Shown one piece after another: positions 25,489-35,649 of a stretch of 64,000 nt of DNA. Source of the stretch: Eledone cirrhosa (Eukaryota); NCBI GenBank assembly GCA_964016885.1, contig OZ024746.1, positions 46,190,001 to 46,254,000 of the forward strand, written 5' to 3'. The notes under the pieces are model-generated. The model had not been told where the DNA came from and did not search any database. It was given only the letters and a program-made list of their open reading frames with translations. Numbering within the stretch: position 1 is the first letter of the stretch; each line of letters starts with the position of its first letter. The position numbers were made by a program, and so were the translations under genes.

Positions 25489-25876
25489 TAATTACGCTAT
25501 GTGCGCATTTCTTCTAAGTTTAATTTTACAACTAATTGTGTATGGTTGATGGTATATTTGGTCAGTTTCTACATGCTGTCGAAATGTTGGATAAATACTA
25601 GAACGGGGCCGCCGCGAGGAGGCTACGTTCGGTTATTTATCTGAGATTTCCCCATAAGAGAATTTATTCTTATAGCTTGCTAGGTTTGATTTTGTATATG
25701 GTTAATTATGCTAATTAGGAGAAGAAATAGTATATATTTTAATATCTGATGATTCTAAAGACATGATTTATGATATAATGCTCTGATTTTTTGATTTTAA
25801 TTTATTAATTATTCATAGAGCTTAAAAGTGAACAGTTGCAACATATATATATCTTTAACTTTATGTATATGATAAC

Positions 25877-25880
<4 letters not shown>

Positions 25881-25943
<63 letters not shown>

Positions 25944-25994
25944 CATACATATGTGTATATATACATATATTTATACACGTATGTATGTATATAT
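25881..25994. repeat. (TA)n/(TACA)n microsatellite
   Basis: Seen directly. Confidence 0.95.
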
Positions 25995-26359
25995 GGAGGC
26001 ACATGACTTAGTGGTATGTATGTATGTATATATGGAGGCATTGGCCTTGCAATCGAAAGGTTGTGAGTTCAATTATCAGACCGGGTGATGTGTTGTTTCC
26101 TTGAGCAAAACACTTTATTTCACATTGCTCCAGTTTACTCAGCTGTAGAAATGAGATGATAGGGACTGGGGTCCATATCATTCCACTGCAAAGTGGTCGT
26201 GCAGGTACCACGGCAAAAAAGCACCCAGCACTCACTGTAAATGAGATTGGTGTTAGGAAGGGCATCCAGCTGTAGAAGTCAAGCCAGAATCAGTTCCCGT
26301 CCCACCCTTGCAAGCAGGGAAAAAGTGGACGTAAAATGAAATGATGATGATGATGATGA
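25995..26359 (+). mobile_element. tRNA-derived SINE (family B) with rearranged head and (GAT)n tail
   Basis: Highly similar to the reverse complement of 1601-1940. Confidence 0.88.
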
Positions 26360-27919
26360 CACATACATATACACAAAAATATACACATGATTTAGGTACA
26401 AGGCAAGCAATTTTGGTATAGGGTAAAGTCGATTAAATCAACCCCAATGTGTTAATGGTTCTTTAGGTATTTTATTTTAGTAACCCAATAAGGATGAAAG
26501 GCATGCTAACCTTAGCGAGATTTGAACTCAGAATATAAGGGGGGTGTAACTATATACTGCAAGCATATTGTCTGACACTCTCCTGATGCTGCCAATCAGC
26601 TGCACTTTGATATCATAATAATCATCATTAGTTGTTGTTGTTCACCTACAGCTTATCTCACAATGAGCAGTCGTTGATCAAATGCACTTCAGCCTTTTTC
26701 ACATGCCCAATATACCAAAGACCATATTATCCAATGTATTTTTTTAACAAAAATTCTAGAGTGTGACTTATTTTTAGAAGGTCACATGAACACTTTGAAG
26801 CTTCCATATTGGCTCATTAATTGTAGTTGGCAGACAAAATAGATGTGAAAAATAAAAGAATGATGTAGCAGATGGAAGAAAGAGTAAATAAAAAATATGC
26901 GTGGAGAGTAATATACAGTTGCATTTCACATCACAGGAAGGTTATCAATTACTAATTAGCTTGATATGTTATTAATGATATTGATTACTATTGATATGAT
27001 ATTGATTACTATTGATAAGATATTAATTCTATTTATAGAAATATTTTAAAAGAATTCAGTGCATATCAATTCCATGTGTATATTTTTAATGCAAGTGTAT
27101 AGTTTGGCAAAACTGATGTACACTGTCAAACTTTATATATAACTATTGTAGATATTTAAAGAATCTAGAAAGCATGGGTTAAATTTCTTTTATTTAAAGC
27201 AACTTATCTAAATATTGATTCTTTTCTTTATTTTTCTTTCTCAATAAATGTCAACTTTAGAAGAAATAATTAATTTACAAAGGCAGTATGTTTTCTTTGG
27301 TTTGTTTTTTGTTTTTGTTCTTTTTTTTTGTTTTCTACTATCAAATGAAATATAAAATTTTAATGAGATAACTGTCATTAATTGTGACAACAGCAAGAAA
27401 AAGTTCCAGACTTATTGCTGGTAATTTCTGAACCAACAAAGCAATCAAGCCATCTTTGATTCATGGACGGTGGTAGCAGTGAGGTTAAACTGCTGAACTA
27501 ATGAACATAGTCATTAGTTTGAAACATACAATTCAATTATGACTCTAAGCAACACATATAACTGTGATTGTATCAATTAATTTCACTAAAATAAAAACCA
27601 AATGACACAATAGTAAGGTTTGCAATGAAAACGTTATCTAGATGCAGAAGTGTAATAGCTTAAACACGAACTACTATAACTATTCCAGCATGATAAAACT
27701 GTATATAAAATAATTGGCAAAATAAAATCTGAAACCGTTTATCTTTTATCTCTAGTGGTGTATGAGAATGGATGAATGCTACAACCTTTAGTTTTTCCAT
27801 ACATTTGTATACAAGGCGATGTATAGAATAATTAATACTAATGTTATTTGAATTACACTGCCAATGGCCTTTGATTCATGAGAAGAAAGAGTGAAAAGAT
27901 TTATTCAATCTTTCCTTAC

Positions 27920-27982
27920 CTTTCTCTGCCATCAGGTCATAGATTATGTCTGGGCAATTTCTTGACAAGTACTATGTAACAT
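27920..27982 (-). other. Candidate 63-nt exon (probably UTR or non-coding; could contain a start ATG GCA GAG AAA G)
   Basis: Acceptor gctaattttgtattttcccatAG|, donor AAG|GTAAGG; stops in all three frames. Confidence 0.35.
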
Positions 27983-29210
27983 CTATGGGAAAATACAAAA
28001 TTAGCTTCCTGTTGCCTTCCTCTTGATTTATGTGACAAGACACCAGCTTTTTAGCTAAGTATATATAAGTTTATAGCATTTGACTAGGTACTCAGAATGT
28101 AAAGAGCCAGTGGGAAGAAATTCTCAAGAGAGTTTACAGCAAAAGGTCTTCAGAGAAGAAACCCACCTCAAGCAAGTGTTTTGGCCCTTAACTTTTGAAA
28201 CATTTCTAGCATCTGACAAGGTACTCAGAATGTAAAGACAAATGCAATAAAAAAGTGTGTTCAATGTATTAACAACTCTGCCAATCCTTGACCCAGACTG
28301 GTACATTATTGACTGACCCTGGGAGGATGAAAGGCAAAGTCGACCTTGTGACTCAGTGCATAAAGAGCCTGAACAAATACCACAAGGCATTACGTCCAAA
28401 GCTCCGATAATCCTGCAAATTCACCACCACCTATCCAATGAATAGATTTCAAATAAAAGTACTAGAACTGAAATGCATATGAGTATGTAAATTATCATGA
28501 TAGCTGGTTGAATTGGTTCTACTCAATATTACACACAAGCTTGCTTAACCACTAGAACATTTACAAGGTTTGGAGATAAGTGAATTATATCTCATGCAAA
28601 GAATGGTTATGAAGCTGCTGATGCAGTTCATTATCTTCATTAATATGAAGTGCTCAATCAGCAGAATAAATCTTATCCTGTGAGAAAGGAAAGAAGTTTA
28701 ATGTTGCAGCCATAATTATTTTGGCTGAAACATTAAATATATCTTTTTCCTGGCAGCCTAAAATGTAGTTCACATCATTTACACCTTCCATTGCAATGTT
28801 TTTAATATAATACACTGTATTTAAATTGATCACTGACGAATTTGGAGGGATTATGTCATTATTAAGATGGTATTTTCAACATAACATATAGTTCTTATAT
28901 AGAATTATGTTGGAAAATTTTAATTTATGTTAGAACACTTTGAATTGGATGGTTTTGTTCTATAGTACCAGAGGTACTTTAGGGCATTAATGGAAGGAAG
29001 GAAAGGCTATACTCAACAATAATATCCTTGTATGAAAAGAAGAGATTAGAGCCATTCAGCTGACTCTAAAACTGATATCTATTTGTTTACCACCTACCAA
29101 GGGAGCTATGACACATGGTCACTCAACCTGCTAGAAATAGAAACCAAATCATCCAAAAATCAGAGAATATATTTTTAGATATAGACTAAAAAGAGATGGA
29201 ATAGTTACTA

Positions 29211-29648
29211 GACCTGAAAAATGCGCAAGCTCAAAAGAGCCACAGAATGTTTTAATAAACCTTCAAAAGTGTGGGACTAGAGTTGTTGCTCAAAAATATT
29301 GTAATCATTATCTATCGTACACTCTGTGGCATCCTTTTATAAAAAAAGAGACTCATAACGAACTCAAGACGAGACAGTAATTATTTAAGCTAATGTTCAA
29401 TATCTCATATTAGATGTTAAGTAATGATTAATACGAAATGCACTTAAACCGAATTGTATATTATAAATTCACTTAAATAATTATCGTGTCGTCTTGAGTT
29501 CGTTATGAGTCTCTTGTTTATAAAAGGATGCCACAGAGTGTATGATAGATAATGATTGCAATATTTTTGAGCAACAACTCTAGCCCACACTTTTTAAGTT
29601 TTATTATAACATTCTGTGGCTCTTTTGAGCTTGCACATTTTTCAGGTC
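29211..29648. mobile_element. Foldback MITE with ~178-bp TIRs and TA TSD
   Basis: TA-GACCTGAAAAATG...CATTTTTCAGGTC-TA; arms ~29211-29389 and ~29472-29648; ~82-bp spacer. Confidence 0.88.
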
Positions 29649-29865
29649 TAATTTAATATTTTTTTAAGGCAACACTTGTAATAACTCTAGTTAAACATGA
29701 TATATATTAATAATAAATTATTGTTGTAATGTAATTAGATTATATAATTGTTATTTTATAAATGATCTTATAAATATTATTGTAAGATGTATAAAAATAT
29801 TTTCAGACTTTTAATAGTTAATATAAATTTTAAAAAATCATATATAAATTAACAATATAACTTAC

Positions 29866-30060
29866 CAAAACGAGAAAAATATTTTGATGATAAACGACGA
29901 AATACTGGAGGAAGATTCGAAAGTGAAACGATAAATAAACATGCAAACAAAGTGGCGGATGCTTTTGAGCAACAATTACTCTCGTTGGTTGATTAGCCAA
30001 TAAGACGATACATTACAAAAGATGTTTGGGAGGAATCACCATGGCCAGCGATACCCCTTG
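29866..30060 (-). promoter_or_regulatory. Candidate promoter and first exon of a minus-strand transcript
   Basis: Locally CpG-retaining, apparently unique sequence; consensus donor TTG|GTAAGT at 29866/29865; CCAAT at 29997-30001. Confidence 0.35.
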
Positions 30061-31402
30061 AATTTTTTATTTACAAGCTACGCATGTATGTCAGACACGC
30101 AGACTTAAAATATTCTGTTGTTAGTCACTGCGTGTCTAACAGATAACTAAAATCCTATTAACCATACTAAAGTAAATAGCAAGAACCTTTCAGTATTTCA
30201 TGGCTTGTATTGTATGTAAATTTCATGATTCCCAAACTGTTTTCAGACTACTGGCTCCTTGTCTTTACATCTTTTCTCCTATACCTGATACTCTAGAGAT
30301 TTTCTAAAAAGAACAAGTCACACCACTCAATAGAATCTTAAACAAAGAAAGATTTCAACAAAATAGCATTAAACCCAATGTACCCATTAAGTCAACACAA
30401 CAACACCAGAAAACATTATTTTAAATAGTGGTCAGATTGTAGTTTGATCAAAAATAACAAATATACTTTGAGTAATGAATATGGCAACATCACATCGATT
30501 CTAACATAGAACACACAAAATAATTAAGTAGTGACAGTGATAGTCTAACTCATGCTAGCGTGGAAGATGGACGTTAAACGAAGATGATGATGATGATACT
30601 TCTTAGCTTAAATCATTTGTTCAGTTTGTCGGCATGTTTATGTCTGTATGTTTGTAAGCCATTTCTGGTAATTATTGAGTAGCCTTAGAGAATCTGCTGC
30701 TACTGGTACCATGTAACCTAGTACAATCTGCTTCATAGTTAAGTGGTCAACAGATAAACCGGCTCCTTAACCAGACTCTGGTGAGGAGGTTAAGTGGAAC
30801 CCCATCAGCACAAAAAACAAGAGCTGTTAAAAGAGTCAACAACCATCCACTGCAACTATGGGTTAAATAGCTTCACCAACCTGCAATTGGCTAAGCGTGG
30901 CGTGTACAGCTGACATTACCAAAACTAAAAAGAAAGTGGTGGAGGCCAACCTGGATCAGAGTACTGCCAACAGGAGTGAGAAGGCATTGGATTTGATTGG
31001 ATAGAGAATCAATGTGAACCAGGTGTATGATGGCCTTGAAAATGATGAGGTGTTGCTGATTTTAGATAAATATCAAGCATAACAACTTTCACTATAGGAA
31101 ATCACTTTAAACTAACTGTATGGCTCCTGATAACACTAGCATGCATACAGAAGTAGTAGTGCTATTAGAGGTGTCAACATAGCAGAGCAATTCAATGAAG
31201 AGGTTTCAACACACTAAAGTAGAAACTTGCTAAACAGAAACCTTCTTATCTTTCATATTGTTTTTATCTATGCCTATAACAAAGACAAATAATCCTAGAT
31301 AAATAATCAAATAATCATTTGATTAATTAAAGTTGGCAATGATATTCTCATGTAAAATAAATGACAGCTACACAACAAAAAACTTAGTCAATATGATGCT
31401 AC

Positions 31403-32620
31403 CATCATCATTTAACGTTTGCTTTCCCTGCTAGTAAAGGTTTAACAGTAAGTCAGTACTAAAGCGGATCTACTGGACTCACAGATAGGCTATGAGTTTG
31501 CATCTCATTTATAGATAGTTGCATACTCTACTAAGTGCATTTATCATGTCACCAGTACTAGGGAGGTTGTCATGTCTTTTACATAACTGAAGGGTCCTCT
31601 CAACCCTCTTTGGAAAGCTTTCTATGGTTGGATACGCTAACTAGCACCAACCCCTTTATAGTGTCATGGTTTTCACAATGAGTTGCGTTCCTATTACTAA
31701 CCACCTTACAGGGTGTACTGAGTGCAATTTCGTGGCACCAACTCTGCTCTGTGGGTGGGGAAAGGGAAAGGGAGATAAGTATGAGGTTATGGATGTATGA
31801 TAAGTGAGATATGATTTGACAGGGTGAGGAGTGGAGGGAAGGGGTGACCTCTGATAGCATAAGGGATGTAACGAAGATGAGAATACCTAAGCAGTGATAA
31901 TGGGAGGGAGCATTCACCAGAGTGTTGGAGCATTGGTGGGGGTACTGTCATGAAGAGAATAGCTAAGAAGCAGTGGTGGAGGGGGTATGGGAGAAGCTAC
32001 TCGGGTATGATAGAGCAGATACCTAAGGACTTTATGTGGGGGGATAGCTCAATATTGATAGTGGAAGGGTATAAGCAGGGTGCATAGGATTGTGAGAGTA
32101 GTTACTGGAGTACAATAGAGAAGGTATATAAAGACTTTTGAGGGGTGGAAGTGATATTGGGGGAGGGGCATGCAGTGATTGTAAGAATAGCTACTAGGGA
32201 TAGTGAATGGTGGGAGTCAAATTACATTTATGTTGGTGGCTAAGTTTTCACCAGCACACATAGTGCCAAGCCCTTGCGGCTTTGTTATTTCTATTGTAAA
32301 GGTTTAGGTTCTGATGATCAGTCTTCACTACTTCATCCAGAATCTTCCTAAGTCTGCCTCCTTCATGCATCCCAGTCACTGGGATTTCTCTGAATTTCTT
32401 TATACAGCTGCCATCTTCCATATGCATCACATGTCCATACCAGTGCAATCTTCTCTCTAGAATGCTACATCCAATTTCTCTTATGCCAAGTTTTTCTCTC
32501 AATTCGTTTATGCTACATCATTCATGCACACTAACATTACACATCCATTAGAGCATACTAGCTTTATCTATTTCTAGGCTTTGCAGGTATTCTGCAGTCA
32601 AGGCCCATGTCTCAATGCCA
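31403..32620 (-). mobile_element. 5'-truncated RTE-clade LINE with long 3' UTR
   Basis: ERRLHWYGHVMHMEDGSCIKK...GRLRKILDEVVKTD (32248-32502); tail catcatcatttaacg at ~31403. Confidence 0.75.
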
Positions 32621-33400
32621 TTGCTATCAGTCAGATAATAGCTGTTATTGTGTATATAGAATATTCTATGTATATTTTATCCAAATTCTGGCAGTAAATT
32701 CTTCCAGTTCTATCTTTTCCTCTTACTTAAGATACATTCAAAAAATCATAACTATTTTTTAGCAAATTAAATATTAATATATTTTTTGAGTGATACTTAT
32801 TCCTTTTTGATTTCATTTCTCAGAATTGCTTCACAAAAATAAATTACAATGTTATTATTCATGTGGTGTATTTATGTATTAACACTTATATCATATTTGC
32901 TTTTAAATTTATTTTGTTTGTCATATATCATATTCAAAACCAGACATAAATATTTTTCTAGACGAACCAGAAATACAGTAATGACATTTTAGAAAAAAAT
33001 AAAACATGGGTGAAAATGGTCAGAGTAATAAACTAAGAAATATAAACAATGTATAAGAAAGATGTAAAGTGCAAGAAAAAGTATATATTACATTATACAC
33101 ACACATACATATATGTTTAGATATGGAAGGTGATTAAATCTTTATTGCTGATCTCACTGTATTTTTTATATCTCGATAGTTAATTTATTTGGCAATCAAT
33201 GTTTATCATTGATTGACCAACAGTTAAAAATACAGATATAAATATATATATATATAGTCTATCAAAGTTCTTTAATCACTCATCAGCAACATCATCAGTG
33301 GTACTATTATGTTTTCTCCCATTATATTGTAAATCAAGGGAAAGCAAATAAAGAAACATTTTTAAATAAATTTAAAAAAATTCACTGTACTTACTACATG

Positions 33401-33484
33401 TGCCTTTACCGCGGTTTCAAATCGCAAAATGAATAGATAATCCAGGCGGATTTCCATTGAGAAAGAGATTATCGTCAGAAGGCA
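33401..33484 (-). ncRNA. Type I hammerhead ribozyme motif at the 3' end (pLTR) of a Penelope-like element
   Basis: UGCCUU-CUGACGA-UAAUC...GAUUU-GAAA-CCGCGG-UA-AAGGCA. Perfect 6-bp stem I, palindromic stem III, GUA triplet, predicted cleavage 3' of 33407; ~280 bp downstream of the GIY-YIG stop on the same strand. Confidence 0.68.
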
Positions 33485-33764
33485 TTTCTCTCTCAGAGAA
33501 TATAAAATTCCCGAGTTAAAAATTTCAAACTGGCGCCATTCCAAACTGACTCAAAATGAGAGTAAATTAATTAATTTATTTCTTCTTGTCTCTGTCTCCG
33601 CGCATGTATTTGCGTGTGTGTATAATGTTTGGTGTGTGTGTTCGCGTTAGAGTGTATGTGGTTTTGTTTTTCTATTCTATCTTTGTTCACTAGTGTGTGT
33701 TTATATGTGTTTGTTGTTATTGTATTTGTGTATATATATATTTATTTATTTATTTATATTTCCC

Positions 33765-34064
33765 TCAAGTCAGTATTGTTGTTTGGGTATGGTTGTTGTT
33801 GTTATTCCATTCACTCTTTTTATTCAACTTTGGTCGTCTTAGTTCTATCTCAGTTGCTTCCCTGATTTGCCTACCTGTTGAGTCATTTCTATGCTTAGAT
33901 ATTATTTTAATTTCTATGTTGCCTATATTGCCATCATGTGTTTGTCTGCCATATAGTACTGAACCATGTTTTTGTCCTTTTAGTTCACCCCAGTGTTGGT
34001 CTGTTCTTTCTTCTATGCTTCAAGCTGTCTCACCTACGTATGTTGTCATGTTTCTGCAAGTACC
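33765..34064 (-). pseudogene. GIY-YIG endonuclease C-terminus of a Penelope-like retroelement
   Basis: GTCRNMTTYVGETA*SIEERTDQHWGEL...SVLY...H...RQIREATEIELRRPKLNKKSEW...*, showing the YVGET...ER..xH and EA..I...LN motifs; one internal TGA at 34020-34022. Confidence 0.75.
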
Positions 34065-34115
34065 CTATATATATGTGTGTATATATATATATATACACAC
34101 ATATATATAGGGTAC
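34060..34115. repeat. Perfect 56-bp palindrome
   Basis: gtaccc-tatatatat-gtgtgt-(at)7-acacac-atatatata-gggtac is its own reverse complement. Confidence 0.92.
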
Positions 34116-34299
34116 ATAAGATCTTTATAACTTTATTCCATTCACATCAGCAGAATCAAAGCTATTATTTTAGAGAGCACTCTTCCAAATTAGTTCATGC
34201 TTATTTTTGTGAGCTAAGTAAATTCATCTGTTACATTGCTCTGGAGGAGGATGTAATTCAATTCTTTTAGTGGAATACAAACTAAATATTTAATTAATA

Positions 34300-34600
34300 G
34301 ATTGTCTTTGGGTCCCCATCTCAACGGACATAAGGACAATCGGAGATGATTGGAGAATAAGCTATTCTATACAATAGATAGGTTTAATTACCAAGAATAT
34401 TGAAACTACCCTAGCAGTAACAGATCTGAAAAATATAGACATACAATTACTATTTCTGCCCTTTTGCAAAAATATAGATTATACCAGATCTGTTACTTGA
34501 AAAGCCAGAAATACACAAGAATTGTTGAATTGTACAAAAAGGCAAATTTGCAACAATGCTTTAGATACCAACTTCACTTGGACATTGTTCCAACAAAGGT
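34300..34600 (+). pseudogene. Degenerate Jockey/I-like ORF1 (gag-like, pre-zinc-knuckle) fragment
   Basis: VPISTDIRTIGDD...RIVELYKKANLQQCFRYQ...GHCSNK resembles the VE-x-Y...QC-x-x-CQ-x-x-GH knuckle; heavily decayed. Confidence 0.4.
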
Positions 34601-35109
34601 TAGATATTGACTAATTAGATTTAGACATTTTATAGAAGACATTTTAGATCTTTTGTTTAATCAGATTTTTGGTTAAAGATAAAGTGATTCATTGGATATA
34701 TAGAATGAATTTGAGTTAGCAATTTCAAAGGAGTGTACAATACATCAAGATATTAATGGTAGAAGATAATACTATTAATAGATAACACAAAGGCACTATC
34801 AACATGAAAAGCAATAGTCAAATTAGTGTTAGCATATATAATGCAGCAAGCATTTCAATGAAGTCTGTCATTCCTTAAGAAGATTATAAGACCAAAAACC
34901 TGACTAGAGTTGTCTCCCATACTTGCCAATATTTTAATATTAAAATATCAGTTTGACTAATATAATTTTTCTTCACTGAATTATTTCTAGTTGGCCTACT
35001 GAATATGAAAACATAAGTAAAATGCAACTAGTGAGATTTTGTTTCTTATACAAAACATAAGAGTATAAAATATGTAAGTAAAACGAGAGATGTATAAAAA
35101 AATATTCTG

Positions 35110-35649
35110 AACACATACAGTGAATGGAACCTATGGAAGGAAACCAAGGAAGACATGAAATGACATTGTGAGGTATCACCTCAAAATAGCTGAACAACGT
35201 GAAAAAAATGAATCAAGACTGAGTGGACAGGGGATATGCCATAATACAAAAGACCCATCTATCACTACAAGCATTACAACATTAAAAGTAGATATGGTGA
35301 AAGACTGTTTGGCAATTGAATAGAGATAGTCTGAACGATCCTCTAGTACTAGTGCCATGATAAAACAGACCCAGTCCACTCTGTAGATAGTTAGTGCTGC
35401 TACTTCTATGATTGAATGCATCCAATTTACTCTGTAAAGTGGCAGTACTGCCACAAACAAATGCAATCAATACATGCTGTAAGGTGGTTGGTGTTTGGAA
35501 GGGCATCTGGTCATAAAAATCATGCCAAATATGGAATGTGTCTGCAGAATGTGGTCACCTGACTGTTCTAGACACAGGACATGATAGCCTATCCAACCCA
35601 TACCAGCATAGAAAGTTGACATAAAAATGCAGATGATGATGATGATGAT
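35110..35649 (+). mobile_element. Diverged RTE-type LINE 3' end
   Basis: GRKPRKT-like remnant, gaagggcatc motif and (GAT)n tail. Confidence 0.6.

Larger units (their letters stand above)
24401..25880. mobile_element. Non-coding hammerhead-bearing element (retrozyme-like or non-autonomous Penelope-like): 664-bp monomer, partial tandem copy and inverted copy, within (TA)n
   Basis: Full unit 25217-25880 (+); 24963-25213 directly repeats 25627-25880 (period 664); 24401-24961 is the reverse complement of 25217-25777 with about 16 substitutions by eye; (TA)n on both flanks. Confidence 0.75.

Noticed and set aside
33390-33610. CpG-rich patch as a host gene promoter
   Set aside because: Better explained as the Penelope-like terminal region containing the hammerhead motif.
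34020-34022. In-frame TGA in the GIY-YIG ORF as selenocysteine
   Set aside because: It falls where Arg is expected (GET-x-R-S), consistent with a CGA-to-TGA transition; no SECIS recognised.
33629-34270. Plus-strand ORFs of 78-137 aa
   Set aside because: Microsatellite-derived, or the antisense shadow of the GIY-YIG frame.
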